DNA of 31,039 nt from Pseudobdellovibrionaceae bacterium (GCA_041288045.1 JBGGMM010000168.1:1-31039), one strand, 5' to 3'; numbered from the stretch's first letter, positions 1 to 9,524 are shown. The notes: generated by a model from the letters alone, not told the origin. Made by a program: numbers and translations.

Positions 1-55
1 AAGGAATAATTTCCAGCGCAAGAATAAGAAACAGAAACCCAATCTACCAAATGAG

Positions 56-402
56 CTGTCCCAAATTCACTTCCCAGACGACCACGATGGTCGTCTGGAA
101 GCCTTCGCACGGACGGACACACTTCCGTTTACCCTCGGCACCGCTGTGCTTGAGACCCTCCATCCACGATGTTGTCCGTTGGTACGCTATACCAAGGGTC
201 AATATCGTGGATGGGTGCCTACCGCGAAGTCATTTCCCCAAAGTGGTGTGCGAAGCTCGTGTATTCGCTTGATCGTGAACATCCATGTCAGTTGCCTCAC
301 CCCTTCGGGGCTCGCCTTTGGCGAGTTTCCAGAAAACCTATGTAGCAGCACTGATTTTGCAGAGCAACACCACGGTGGTGTTGTGGTGTTTCATTTGGAC
401 GG
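56..402 (+). other. Highly structured intergenic element (candidate structured ncRNA or MITE-like foldback repeat)
   Basis: Imperfect terminal IR (ctgtcccaaat 56-66 / atttggacgg 393-402). Hairpins at 74-98 (11 bp), 160-214 (25 bp, 1 G-T and 2 mismatches), 301-310 (cUUCGg), 311-325 and 365-383. Internal IR 103-110/248-255. Identity unknown. Confidence 0.5.
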
Positions 403-408
403 GGATTA

Positions 409-1110
409 TTAGAAATTTGTTTGGATTTCTGGGCAGCGGGTTTTTAGGAATGACTTTAATTGCGAATCGGAAAATTTGAAATTGGCGTCGCCGTCTGAGG
501 TGAGATTGAAAATTTCGTTGTTTTTGACTTGGCACGTATGGCCTTTGTGATCGATGAATTTGGAGCTTCGATTGGGATTTCCTGTGGGATCGGAGCCTTG
601 GTTGAAACCGGCGTCCAGGAGCAAGGTTTTGACTTTGCTAATTTCGACCCCGCCTTGATTGTCGGGTCGAACATTTGGATCCTCTTTGATCACAGCACCT
701 TTCATTGTCAGGATTTTAGTCTGATCCTGAGAGAGATTCAGCTCGATTCCTGGGGCTGATAAAAGCATCGTTGTTTGACCATTGTAAGATTTCACATTCG
801 GAGTGATTTTTCGTGGGAAAAAATAAAAAACTCGGGCCCCGGTGGCGCTGGCGCTGCCTGAGGGACTGTAAGAATTAAAAATCATCAAAAGGCCGCGATC
901 TGTGATCAGATAACTTCGATATTTAAAATTGCTGGGAACATCCGAGGGATCGGCGGTCAGAAAACATTCTCCATCTGCGGCTTGTAATCTTTGGTGATGA
1001 AAAGCCCCCCAATAATGGTGAAATTCGCTGCAAGATTCGGCGGCCGAAGATTGTGTGGATGAGATGGAAATGGCAAAAAAACCAAGCAAAATTGAGAAAA
1101 GAGCTTTCAC
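409..1110 (-). CDS. Hypothetical secreted protein
   Basis: 233-aa ORF, GTG start after a G-rich SD (aaggggg), signal peptide MKALFSILLGFFAISISSTQSSA; no family recognised. Confidence 0.8.
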   Translation of the reverse strand: MKALFSILLGFFAISISSTQSSAAESCSEFHHYWGAFHHQRLQAADGECFLTADPSDVPSNFKYRSYLITDRGLLMIFNSYSPSGSASATGARVFYFFPRKITPNVKSYNGQTTMLLSAPGIELNLSQDQTKILTMKGAVIKEDPNVRPDNQGGVEISKVKTLLLDAGFNQGSDPTGNPNRSSKFIDHKGHTCQVKNNEIFNLTSDGDANFKFSDSQLKSFLKTRCPEIQTNF

Positions 1111-1217
1111 GGGTGGTCCCCCTTGGTTTTATCGTAAACAACAAGTCAATGAGGACAAGCTCAGAGAAAAGAATTAGACCAATGGCAGGAAATCGCCGAA
1201 AAGTCGCGAGGACTTAT

Positions 1218-1245
1218 TCTTCTGATAAGTTATATTATGTCACAG
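1218..1245 (+). other. dif: dif chromosome dimer resolution site (XerC/XerD)
   Basis: TCTTCTGATAA-GTTATA-TTATGTCACAG has the 11-6-11 layout with the ATAA-N6-TTATGT core of E. coli dif (GGTGCGCATAA TGTATA TTATGTTAAAT); intergenic. Confidence 0.85.
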
Positions 1246-1257
1246 TAAGTGTGGGGA

Positions 1258-1638
1258 TTATTCGAAAGTCCACTCTTTAAAGCCCTTTTTCTTGGCGGCT
1301 TCAAGTGATGTGGCATCGATTTCATACACATTGGCGCGACCCGTGGGAGATCCGCAAACTTGGATGTGCATCAAACCATCTGGCCGATTGTCAGCTGAAT
1401 AAACAGCAAGTCCGGCCAGCTCTTTTTGCATTTCTGAAAGCGACACCGATTTTCCCATGCCGCATTGCTGGCTTCCGTCGTATTTGTAAACCTTCACTCG
1501 AGATTGTGAATTCGAAGAAATTTGAGCTGCTGCTTCATTGATTTTCTTTTCATCCACTTTTTGCTCCTTTTGAGATCGGCAATTGCCCGAGGTGCAGCCC
1601 AAAAGGATCAAAGTGAGTGTGAGAATCCATTTTTTCAT
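1258..1638 (-). CDS. Hypothetical lipoprotein
   Basis: 126 aa, lipobox LLGC, SD gaggtg, directly downstream of bamB; Cys motifs GSQQCG and IQVCG. Confidence 0.8.
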   Translation of the reverse strand: MKKWILTLTLILLGCTSGNCRSQKEQKVDEKKINEAAAQISSNSQSRVKVYKYDGSQQCGMGKSVSLSEMQKELAGLAVYSADNRPDGLMHIQVCGSPTGRANVYEIDATSLEAAKKKGFKEWTFE

Positions 1639-1642
1639 CTGA

Positions 1643-2788
1643 TCACCTCAAATAAGAAATGGCCGGAGCTCGACTCCAACCAATGCGAAGTCCGTAAAGA
1701 TTGGCTTCGTTGGAAATGAAATAGACCATGCGGTTTTTTTCATCCACAGTCGGGGGCGAAAGAATTCCGCGACCTGGAAAAAAGCGAGAGATTTCTTTTC
1801 CCGTACCGGCATCTAAAATGCGCAAAGCTCCTTGAGATTCGCCAAAAATCACCAGGCCTTTGTAAAAAGAAGCCGAAGTCGCAATCCCCTCTTTCATTGG
1901 AAAAGACCAGACCTTTTGCCCTGTCTCTTTGTTAATCGAGAGAAATTCATTGTTTGAGCCGGCATAGTAAAGTCGATCTGCAGTTGCGAGAATGGAGCCA
2001 TAGCCACCCACCGGAGATCTCCAGACCTCTTCGCCAGAGGCGGCTCTGAGGCAGTACATTTGATCGTCGTAACCAAGGATATAGAGAAAATCCCCTTCAA
2101 CCAAAGGATCCGAATCCAAATCGCGAAATTTTTTATTGCGATTGAGAAGCTTTTCCCATTTGATCGCCCCGTTCTGCGCGAGAAAGGCGACTACAGAGCC
2201 ATCACTGAAGCCCACATACAAAGTTCCATTTCGCAGAGCTGGCTTTGAGCCGCCCCGGATCGAAAGACTTGAGGGGTCCTGACGCGAGTAAAACCACAGT
2301 TGCTTTCCAGTACTTGCATCCAAAGCGTAAAGCGAATTATTCCCAGTTAATAAATACAAAATCCCCTCATGTAAGAGAGGCTCAGAAAGAGTCTCGACCC
2401 GAGTGGGGAAAGTCCAGAGCACTTTTCCATTTTCGGCATCGATCGAATAAAGCTGGCCATCGCTGGCGCCAATAAAAAGCCGATTTTTAATCAAAGCCGC
2501 CGAAGGTTCGGCACCGTTCAAGATCGAGAGTTTCCATTTTTCCTCTCCAGTTTGATTGTCATAAGCAGCAACGCCATCCACACCATTGGCTTGAATGACG
2601 TATTTTTTGTACAAAAGGGGCTTCATGCGATTGATTTTACGAAATCCCAAATTGTCTTTATCCGTGGTTTGACTGACGAAGACTTCATCTGTGAGAAAAA
2701 CGCGACGAGGACTCCCCGCTTGAAATTGCGAGCAAGCCGTTAAGGATAAAATCAAAAAACAGAAAATCCCAAGTCTTTTCATTTTCAC
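1643..2788 (-). CDS. bamB: BamB-like PQQ-type beta-propeller lipoprotein
   Basis: Lipobox LTAC; repeated blade motifs (LYSIDAENGKVLW, LYALDASTGKQLW, LRAASGEEVW); follows a YfgM-like TPR gene as in the usual yfgM-bamB pair. Confidence 0.8.
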   Translation of the reverse strand: MKMKRLGIFCFLILSLTACSQFQAGSPRRVFLTDEVFVSQTTDKDNLGFRKINRMKPLLYKKYVIQANGVDGVAAYDNQTGEEKWKLSILNGAEPSAALIKNRLFIGASDGQLYSIDAENGKVLWTFPTRVETLSEPLLHEGILYLLTGNNSLYALDASTGKQLWFYSRQDPSSLSIRGGSKPALRNGTLYVGFSDGSVVAFLAQNGAIKWEKLLNRNKKFRDLDSDPLVEGDFLYILGYDDQMYCLRAASGEEVWRSPVGGYGSILATADRLYYAGSNNEFLSINKETGQKVWSFPMKEGIATSASFYKGLVIFGESQGALRILDAGTGKEISRFFPGRGILSPPTVDEKNRMVYFISNEANLYGLRIGWSRAPAISYLR

Positions 2789-3558
2789 TTCTTTGCTGTT
2801 TGCAAAAGTCGAAGGTATTTATCGGCCGTGCGGGCTGTGGCCGTTTCCCCTTCTCCTTCGCCTGTTTTAGCTTCTGTGTACATCTGCTCAGCTTTGGCGA
2901 AATCTTTCATGCTCTCATAGCAAAGGCCCTGCTTGAGCTTCACAGCTGCATGCAAAGGTTTGGCACTGGCATTGTTGAGCACTTGCGACCAAGTGGAGAG
3001 AGCGGATCCGCAGTCATTCAAATCCGCTTGCACAGTTCCCAACTGAGTTTGAACCATTCCCGAAAGAAGGTCTTTTTTGCCAGTTTCAACTTTTTTCAAA
3101 AGTTCCAAAGCTTCCTGGTTTTTCGAGTACTCCAATTGAATATCGGAAAGATTGAGAGCTGCCATTTTTGCCGCTTTGGATTGGGGAGCTTCCTGAATCA
3201 AAGTCGAAAATTCAGTGGCGATGGGGCCATAATCTTTTTCAAAATCACCAGAAGACTTTTCAGCATTCGGCGGAGGCGGAGTTTTGTTGTCTTTGCGAGC
3301 TGCGGCGGCTTCGGCCACTTGAAAAGCGGACTTTTTATCAAAGAGCTTTTTTTCGATCACGTAGTATTTGCTTTGAAGCTCGGATTCTTTCTTTTCATCC
3401 AAGTAACTTTTCGCTGAAATTCCAGCTCCCACAACCACGAAACCCAAAAGCAAAACTCCTACCAGTTTGGAGTGCTGAGCGCTCCACTGGAAACCCTTTT
3501 GTAATTCCTGTTGCAATTTATCCGGAGACTTCAGTTCTTTCGAATCGACTTTTTTCAT
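2785..3558 (-). CDS. YfgM-like membrane-anchored TPR protein
   Basis: N-terminal KELKSPD motif, one TM helix, TPR-like helices; stop overlaps the bamB start (GTGA). Confidence 0.8.
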   Translation of the reverse strand: MKKVDSKELKSPDKLQQELQKGFQWSAQHSKLVGVLLLGFVVVGAGISAKSYLDEKKESELQSKYYVIEKKLFDKKSAFQVAEAAAARKDNKTPPPPNAEKSSGDFEKDYGPIATEFSTLIQEAPQSKAAKMAALNLSDIQLEYSKNQEALELLKKVETGKKDLLSGMVQTQLGTVQADLNDCGSALSTWSQVLNNASAKPLHAAVKLKQGLCYESMKDFAKAEQMYTEAKTGEGEGETATARTADKYLRLLQTAKK

Positions 3559-3624
3559 TCACATCCTCTTCGCTATGAAACCTACAAATTTTCAAGCGAA
3601 GAGGAGCGAAGGTCAAGAATTAAG

Positions 3625-4737
3625 CTAGCGATTCGTGACTTCTTTAAGCGTGCTGAAATTTCGACTGCTATTTCCTTGATGACGCTGACGGAGACGACCA
3701 ATGGTGCTGATTCTTTCCTCAGCCAAACGGTCTGCCGCCACATGAGTGCCAACACCGTCTCGCTTGGCGATTTCAAAAACCTTCCAACAGTTGTCGTAGA
3801 CTTTGCGAGTTTTATCAAAAGCCCGCTCGGGCGAATAGCCTTCTAGCTCGACAAACACATTCATCAAACCACCTGAATTGATGACGTAATCAGGGGCATA
3901 GAGAATCCCTAGATCTTGCAGCTGCTTTCCATGTCGCGCTTCGGCGAGTTGGTTGTTTGCGCCGCCAGCAATGACTTTGGCTTTGATTTTGGTGATGGAA
4001 CTGTCGTTGACGATCGCCCCGAGAGCGCAAGGAGCTAAAATATCACAGTCTGAAAAAAGAATTTGATTGGTGTCTGCCGCCTGAGCGCCGAATTGATCCA
4101 CTTGTTTTTTCACTTTGGCTGGATCGATATCAGCAACAATGATTTTAGCTCCTTCGTCAGACAGATATTTCACCAAGTGGCTGCCCACATTGCCAAGCCC
4201 CTGCACAGCGATTCGCATTCCCTTGAGATCATCTGTGCCCAGCTGCCATTTGGCCGCTGCTTTGATTCCCATGAGCACTCCGTGTGCCGTGTAGGGAGAG
4301 GGATCGCCGGAACCGCCAAAATCTTTTGGAATTCCAGTCACGAATGGAGTCTCCATGAAAATGTACTCCATATCCTCAACACTGGTTCCGACGTCTTCTG
4401 CGGTGATGTATTTTCCATTGAGTGAATTGACGAATTGACCGAAAGCTCGAAAGAGACCTTCGCTTTTTTGCGTTTTCGAATCGCCGATAATTACAGCTTT
4501 TCCGCCGCCCAGATTCAATCCCGCTGCTGCTGCTTTATAAGTCATTCCCTTTGAAAGGCGGAGAACATCAATCAGGGCTTCTTCTTCATTTTTATAATTC
4601 CACATCCTTGTGCCGCCCAGAGCAGGCCCCAATGAGGTGTTGTGAACGGCAATGATCGCCTTTAAGCCCACTGTCGGGTCATGACAAAAAACCACTTCCT
4701 CATGCCCACCATGTTTTTCAATCATTTCAAACGTCAT
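3625..4737 (-). CDS. Glu/Leu/Phe/Val dehydrogenase (leucine dehydrogenase-like)
   Basis: [37 protein letters not shown] Rossmann motif, [20 protein letters not shown]. Start moved to ATG 4737 (MTFEM). Confidence 0.95.
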   Translation of the reverse strand: MTFEMIEKHGGHEEVVFCHDPTVGLKAIIAVHNTSLGPALGGTRMWNYKNEEEALIDVLRLSKGMTYKAAAAGLNLGGGKAVIIGDSKTQKSEGLFRAFGQFVNSLNGKYITAEDVGTSVEDMEYIFMETPFVTGIPKDFGGSGDPSPYTAHGVLMGIKAAAKWQLGTDDLKGMRIAVQGLGNVGSHLVKYLSDEGAKIIVADIDPAKVKKQVDQFGAQAADTNQILFSDCDILAPCALGAIVNDSSITKIKAKVIAGGANNQLAEARHGKQLQDLGILYAPDYVINSGGLMNVFVELEGYSPERAFDKTRKVYDNCWKVFEIAKRDGVGTHVAADRLAEERISTIGRLRQRHQGNSSRNFSTLKEVTNR

Positions 4738-4773
4738 TGGAATTAGGTGCCTTTCTCTTTTTGCTTCACACAT

Positions 4774-4797
4774 AGCGTTAGAATCCCTTCTAACGCT
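4774..4797. other. Perfect 10-bp inverted repeat upstream of the dehydrogenase (operator, leader hairpin or terminator)
   Basis: AGCGTTAGAA-tccc-TTCTAACGCT; no clear U tract, function not assignable. Confidence 0.4.
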
Positions 4798-4902
4798 GAA
4801 CTGTTAACTTTGTGAGTAGAGAGTATTTACTCAAGGCCCATTGAAAGGCAAGGGAAGTTCCATTGGAGCGATGCACCCCCTAAAGGGTGCCTTAGAGATG
4901 CA

Positions 4903-7900
4903 TTAATTGAAGCCATTGCAGGCTTTGTAAGTTCCAAAATCCGTAAAAGTTGAAAGAACTGTTCCGGAAAAAATAAACTCGTCTGAAGATCCAGTGGCAA
5001 TGGTGTGCTGCACTGGGGTCGAAGACCAGCGAGTGCCCGAGCTGATGCCACACAACACATTGCCGTCGGCTCCAGCTGAGCCCGAAACTCGCAATTTCAA
5101 ATCATCCGATGTGGTTCCCTCAATCAGATAAGGAGTGCCTGTGGCTGAATTCACAAAGTGATTTTTACTGATGAGAATTTCCGGACTGGTTCCTTGGACT
5201 TTGAAAGCAGGAGCAAGTGCCGCCTGGTTCAAAATCGAATTTGAAACTTCCAATTTCGTGTAGGTCACAGCGTTGGTTCCTAAAAACGAAAAGAAAGGAG
5301 AGTTTTCAGCACTGATCAGCTTCGAGTCTTTGATGACAACCGATCCATAATCATAAATGGCGACAGGCGGAATTTCTCCAGAGGTTCCAAATGAAGCTCC
5401 AGAGTAGGAATTCGCGCTCATATTGATGTCGCAATGATAGCAATTGATCAAAGAAGCGCCGGCAGAATTCGAGCTTTGAGCTTTGATGGCAACTCCAGTT
5501 CCAGTGAAAGTTCCACGCAAAATGCGAATTTCACTTCCAGTTGAAGAGCTGGTCGAAGTGTAAGCACCCACCGACACAGAGGTCGTGTTGCTTGAAAGCG
5601 TGAATTTAGGCGAAAACATTTTCATCAAACCAGTAGCTGTCGCTCCATATTTGACACCATAAACTCCAGCAACCCCTAAAGTTCCGGAAACAAATTCGTC
5701 ATTGAAGGAAACCACCGTGGATCCATCCATCCCGATCCCAATTCCCGCTCCCACACTGCTGGCGCTGATTTGGTAGAGATTGTTATAAGAGCGTACCTTT
5801 GCTGAAAGATTGGTGTTCATGGCTCGCAAACCCGCAGTCAATGTGGACGAAGGCGAATTGATGATTTTCAAATTGGCCACACTGGCCACTTGGCTTGTCG
5901 TGCCGCCCGAAACTTCGACCACGTTTTGCCCTGAGGATCCTTGCAAAGTAACGATTCGGGCGTAATTCGAATCCAGTGAGGCAATCAAATGCTTATTGGG
6001 AGGCAAAGTGATTTTTAAATTTGTGCTTCCTGGGCCAAAAGTAAAGACACTGCTGGAAGTGGCCTTTAAGCAGACAAAAGTATTCCCACCAGAATCCAGT
6101 GCAGCTTGAATATCATCAAAGTTTTTCGTTCCATCAGCGGTGATTTCAGTGCTGCAATTGACCACCATCATCGCATCTTCATAGGAAGATCCTGGGGGCA
6201 TATCAGCTGCGACATCATAGAAATTACGAGGCGCGAAGACCACTCCGGCCTGCATCCAGAGGGCTTGAGTTCCGAAATAATACTTGTAACTACCGGCCAA
6301 ATCCGAGGAAGCGCTAATCGCTGTCCAAGAGAAAGTCTTTGTCGTCAAATTGAAAGCACTACCGCAGGTGCCATCATCTGAAAAGTTCGGAGAGGAGGTA
6401 AACTGATAGCATTTCAAATCCGGAATATTCGTGGTGATCGGCATGCTGAGCGGAAACATACTGGAAGGCAAAATCGTTCGCGGCAATGCAGGAGGCTGAA
6501 TGTAGGCATAGCTTCCTGTGCTGGGGATCGTCACGGCCGAGCCTGATCCCGCGATGGACTGAAATCCGGAGCCTTCTCCTTTGAAATCAACGCTGCTGAT
6601 AGGTTTCAAAGGACGAAAATAAAACTGAACTCTCGACTGTCCAGATGAAAATGAAATTTCGGGGCCCGACATCGATGACAGGCTCGAAAAACAGCTCCCA
6701 TCGTTGTAAAACTCCCCAACAGCTAAAGGCGTGGTTGAAAGCCGCAAAGTCACGGCTTTTTCAACTGGGGTTTCTTCGCCGGATTGATTCAAAGCCACAG
6801 CCACAACTGGACTGCAAAATCCTGGAGAGAGACTCCCCATCACATCAAAGCGAAATTTCGCCACTTGGGCGATTCCGGTCGCAGCAGTGATTGTCTTCGT
6901 TCCACTTGTAAATCCAGTGGCTGTCGCAGTCAGCGTGACATCCGTACTGAAAGACCCACGCACCCAAAGTAAGTTTCCCATACTCATGGCAGCAGGGATA
7001 CTATACCCAGAGTAAGTTGGCGTCTGCGGGCTCACGACTCCCTGACAGTCCGATTGGCTGTCAAAGAAAGAAAACTGAGTTGTGCTTGATGTAATATCAG
7101 TCGAAAGTGCTGCTGAAACTCCAAAAGGCGAAGTCCCAAGTCTTGAACCCACACTCAAACTGTAACAGGCATTGGGAATCATTTTTGTCGGAGTTTCAAT
7201 TGCCAGCGAAGGAACGACAATGTCGACCTTATTGTACTGCGGAGAAAAGCTCATTTGCGGCAATTCGCCAGTATATGTTCCTAATGCAAAAACGTTATCC
7301 ACCGAAGGCGAACCGGTGACTTTCAACCAGATGTTGGACGCAATCCCCGTTCCCGATGCAAAAGTGAACGTGGGATCGGAAACCACTGCACCACCTGAAC
7401 AACTTGAATCCGAGTGAGTGGTGGCCCAGCTCGGAGTCAGCAATTGGATCTGAGTGCTTGTCGTCGTGACAGCCGGAGTTCCCATGCCCTGATAAATTTT
7501 CATTGCCATCGGTATGCAAGCCGTCTTGGGAACTGTGTACTTATCTCCACTGCTTTGCACTCCATAAAGTTCCAAACGCAAATACTTACAAGTCGAGCAG
7601 CCCCCGTCTTTATCCAAATGAGGCGAGACGATGGCGGCAGTCAGCAAAGACCCTGATTTTCGCGGACAAACGACCAATGGCTTTGTCAATTCAGGAACGT
7701 GCAATGCCGTGGTCGGTGTTTCTTGCGGCGAAGCTGAAACAGCCACTTCGGAAATCAAGCTCACACCACTGAGGGCGCGAAATTCTTCACAGTTAAAGCC
7801 ATCCGACATCACCACTTTATTCAATTGATCTGCTGAAAGCTCTGTCGAAGCTGCATAAACACTGACTCCGTCGATCACACTGGAGTCCACTCCGGGGAGC

Positions 7901-8817
7901 AGAGCCCAGCCGATTTTAGGAGGTGAACCGGCAGTCACTGTGAGGTACTGACCGCTCACTTGTTTAAATGGTCCGGTAAAATCAGTACTAGTTGAAATAC
8001 AGGTGGTGAATTCATTCACGCTACAAGAAGATGTGGTCGCGGTTTTTCCAGAAGTGGCTGTGCTATTTCCGAAAAAGCCCAAAGCATCATAATCAGATCC
8101 AGTCCCAGGATTGACCAGAAAAGCCCCGCCCGAAGCCGCAGCAAGTGTCGATAAGCCTGCTTTGTTGATCGGTCCACCAAACAGAGATTGTCCATTGAGG
8201 ATGTAATCCATGGGGGTATTTTCAAGACTAAAAGCTTGAAACCAACCTGCGTACATTTCAGTGTATTGAATGGTCATTGCGGGCCGAGAAGAGCTGGGCT
8301 TCATCATGACTTTCACAAGGCCTGTGGGACCCGTGGTGGCGTCTGAAAAATAGCGAGCCGTAATATGACCGCCGCCCTGTGCGGCCCCACCCACATCGGT
8401 CAATGAGATATTCACTGTGCTTGTTGCGGAAGAAATATCAGAGACACTGTCCCCATACTTAAATGTCATCGAATGACCAGTGACATCGTTATAGGCCATG
8501 ATCACTTGAAAAAGTCTTGAAGTTCCAGTGGTTGTTGAAAGCTTCACGCTTGAAGTGGAAAATTCGCAAGGACCGCTGGTTCGATTTCTTTCAATATCCC
8601 AAGAACAAAAAACCTCTGACATTCCAGAGCCCGAAACGTTGATCGCCACATAATTCAAAGTCACAGTTTGAGCCGAAACCGATTGGCTGGCATTTTTCGT
8701 CAGCGTCATCGGAGGAAGCGCCAAGCTCACAGATGTTGCCCCATCACTTTCAGGGCGAGTACAGCCCGAAAGCAAAGCAAGTCCAAAAGACGCAAATAAA
8801 AGAATGTAAAACTTCAT
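4903..8817 (-). CDS. Large Ser/Thr/Gly-rich surface lipoprotein with Ig-like repeats and C-terminal beta-helix-like region
   Basis: Likely start ATG 8817 (MKFYILLFASFGLALLSGC, lipobox LSGC), 1304 aa, beta-rich composition, paired cysteines. Confidence 0.8.
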   Translation of the reverse strand: MKFYILLFASFGLALLSGCTRPESDGATSVSLALPPMTLTKNASQSVSAQTVTLNYVAINVSGSGMSEVFCSWDIERNRTSGPCEFSTSSVKLSTTTGTSRLFQVIMAYNDVTGHSMTFKYGDSVSDISSATSTVNISLTDVGGAAQGGGHITARYFSDATTGPTGLVKVMMKPSSSRPAMTIQYTEMYAGWFQAFSLENTPMDYILNGQSLFGGPINKAGLSTLAAASGGAFLVNPGTGSDYDALGFFGNSTATSGKTATTSSCSVNEFTTCISTSTDFTGPFKQVSGQYLTVTAGSPPKIGWALLPGVDSSVIDGVSVYAASTELSADQLNKVVMSDGFNCEEFRALSGVSLISEVAVSASPQETPTTALHVPELTKPLVVCPRKSGSLLTAAIVSPHLDKDGGCSTCKYLRLELYGVQSSGDKYTVPKTACIPMAMKIYQGMGTPAVTTTSTQIQLLTPSWATTHSDSSCSGGAVVSDPTFTFASGTGIASNIWLKVTGSPSVDNVFALGTYTGELPQMSFSPQYNKVDIVVPSLAIETPTKMIPNACYSLSVGSRLGTSPFGVSAALSTDITSSTTQFSFFDSQSDCQGVVSPQTPTYSGYSIPAAMSMGNLLWVRGSFSTDVTLTATATGFTSGTKTITAATGIAQVAKFRFDVMGSLSPGFCSPVVAVALNQSGEETPVEKAVTLRLSTTPLAVGEFYNDGSCFSSLSSMSGPEISFSSGQSRVQFYFRPLKPISSVDFKGEGSGFQSIAGSGSAVTIPSTGSYAYIQPPALPRTILPSSMFPLSMPITTNIPDLKCYQFTSSPNFSDDGTCGSAFNLTTKTFSWTAISASSDLAGSYKYYFGTQALWMQAGVVFAPRNFYDVAADMPPGSSYEDAMMVVNCSTEITADGTKNFDDIQAALDSGGNTFVCLKATSSSVFTFGPGSTNLKITLPPNKHLIASLDSNYARIVTLQGSSGQNVVEVSGGTTSQVASVANLKIINSPSSTLTAGLRAMNTNLSAKVRSYNNLYQISASSVGAGIGIGMDGSTVVSFNDEFVSGTLGVAGVYGVKYGATATGLMKMFSPKFTLSSNTTSVSVGAYTSTSSSTGSEIRILRGTFTGTGVAIKAQSSNSAGASLINCYHCDINMSANSYSGASFGTSGEIPPVAIYDYGSVVIKDSKLISAENSPFFSFLGTNAVTYTKLEVSNSILNQAALAPAFKVQGTSPEILISKNHFVNSATGTPYLIEGTTSDDLKLRVSGSAGADGNVLCGISSGTRWSSTPVQHTIATGSSDEFIFSGTVLSTFTDFGTYKACNGFN

Positions 8818-8842
8818 AGATATCCCTGCTTCCTCATAGATC

Positions 8843-8870
8843 TTTTCGGAGACCGAGGTCAGGGACTTGA
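8843..8870 (-). promoter_or_regulatory. Putative sigma28 (FliA) promoter of the large lipoprotein
   Basis: Minus strand TCAAG-N15-TCCGAAAA versus consensus TAAAG-N14-GCCGATAA; spacer 1 nt long. Confidence 0.5.
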
Positions 8871-8924
8871 TATTTTCCAAGTTTGGGGCGTCTCGGGTGA
8901 GACGCCTTCTCAGATTGAGAATTT

Positions 8925-9524
8925 TCAGCGCAAAAAATTCCAATAAACTGAAAATGAAAGAATCAAACCACCAATGGCGATAAGAAAAAAGCCCAGACGA
9001 TTGTGAAGAACGGCGGCTTTTAGATCCTGGACCTGCGCTTCAAGTGCAACTTTTGATTCCATCAATTTTTGATTGGCCGAAAGCAGCTCTTGAAGCTTGT
9101 TTTCCAATTGCAGACTTTGCATTGAGAAAGCCTCTTCAAATTCGCCCCTTTTTTGCGATTCAATTTGAATTCTCTGTAAAGCAGCCTGATGCAAAACCTC
9201 GGGATCTTTGCCAATGAAATACTGAGGGGTTAATCCCGGCAGTTTTTCCCGCAAAATGGCATACCACTGAAGAGCTCGATAAATATGCGGTGGGGCCGAG
9301 TCCCCGTTTTTCATCCAACGGGTCCAAGCCGAGGGATCGACCATCAAAAGCTGGCAGATTTTCCTTTGAGAAAGGCCTAATTTCCCACGAATTTCATCCA
9401 AATCTCCGAGCTGTCGCCGAATCACTTCCACCTGTGCCTCGTAATGCATTCGATGCGAACTCTTTGCCTTGAGAGTGAGATCTTCCGGGGAGCGAGAAAC
9501 TTCGTTTTCAAGCTGGACGTCCAT
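8925..9524 (-). CDS. XRE-like HTH protein with coiled coil and C-terminal TM helix
   Basis: ATG 9524 after GGAGG; HTH-like IRGKLGLSQRKICQLLMVDPSAWTRW; heptad-rich middle; hydrophobic tail LGFFLIAIGGLILSFSVYW. Confidence 0.8.
   Translation of the reverse strand: MDVQLENEVSRSPEDLTLKAKSSHRMHYEAQVEVIRRQLGDLDEIRGKLGLSQRKICQLLMVDPSAWTRWMKNGDSAPPHIYRALQWYAILREKLPGLTPQYFIGKDPEVLHQAALQRIQIESQKRGEFEEAFSMQSLQLENKLQELLSANQKLMESKVALEAQVQDLKAAVLHNRLGFFLIAIGGLILSFSVYWNFLR

Noticed and set aside
56..402. Assignment as c-di-GMP or glycine riboswitch, 6S RNA, HEARO/omega RNA or group I/II intron
   Set aside because: Only fragmentary resemblance; the diagnostic conserved cores were not found by eye.
51..479. 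Short ORFs 51-272, 146-412 and 285-479
   Set aside because: They overlap the hairpin-dense element, have atypical composition and no recognisable motifs. A gene entering from the left edge cannot be fully excluded.
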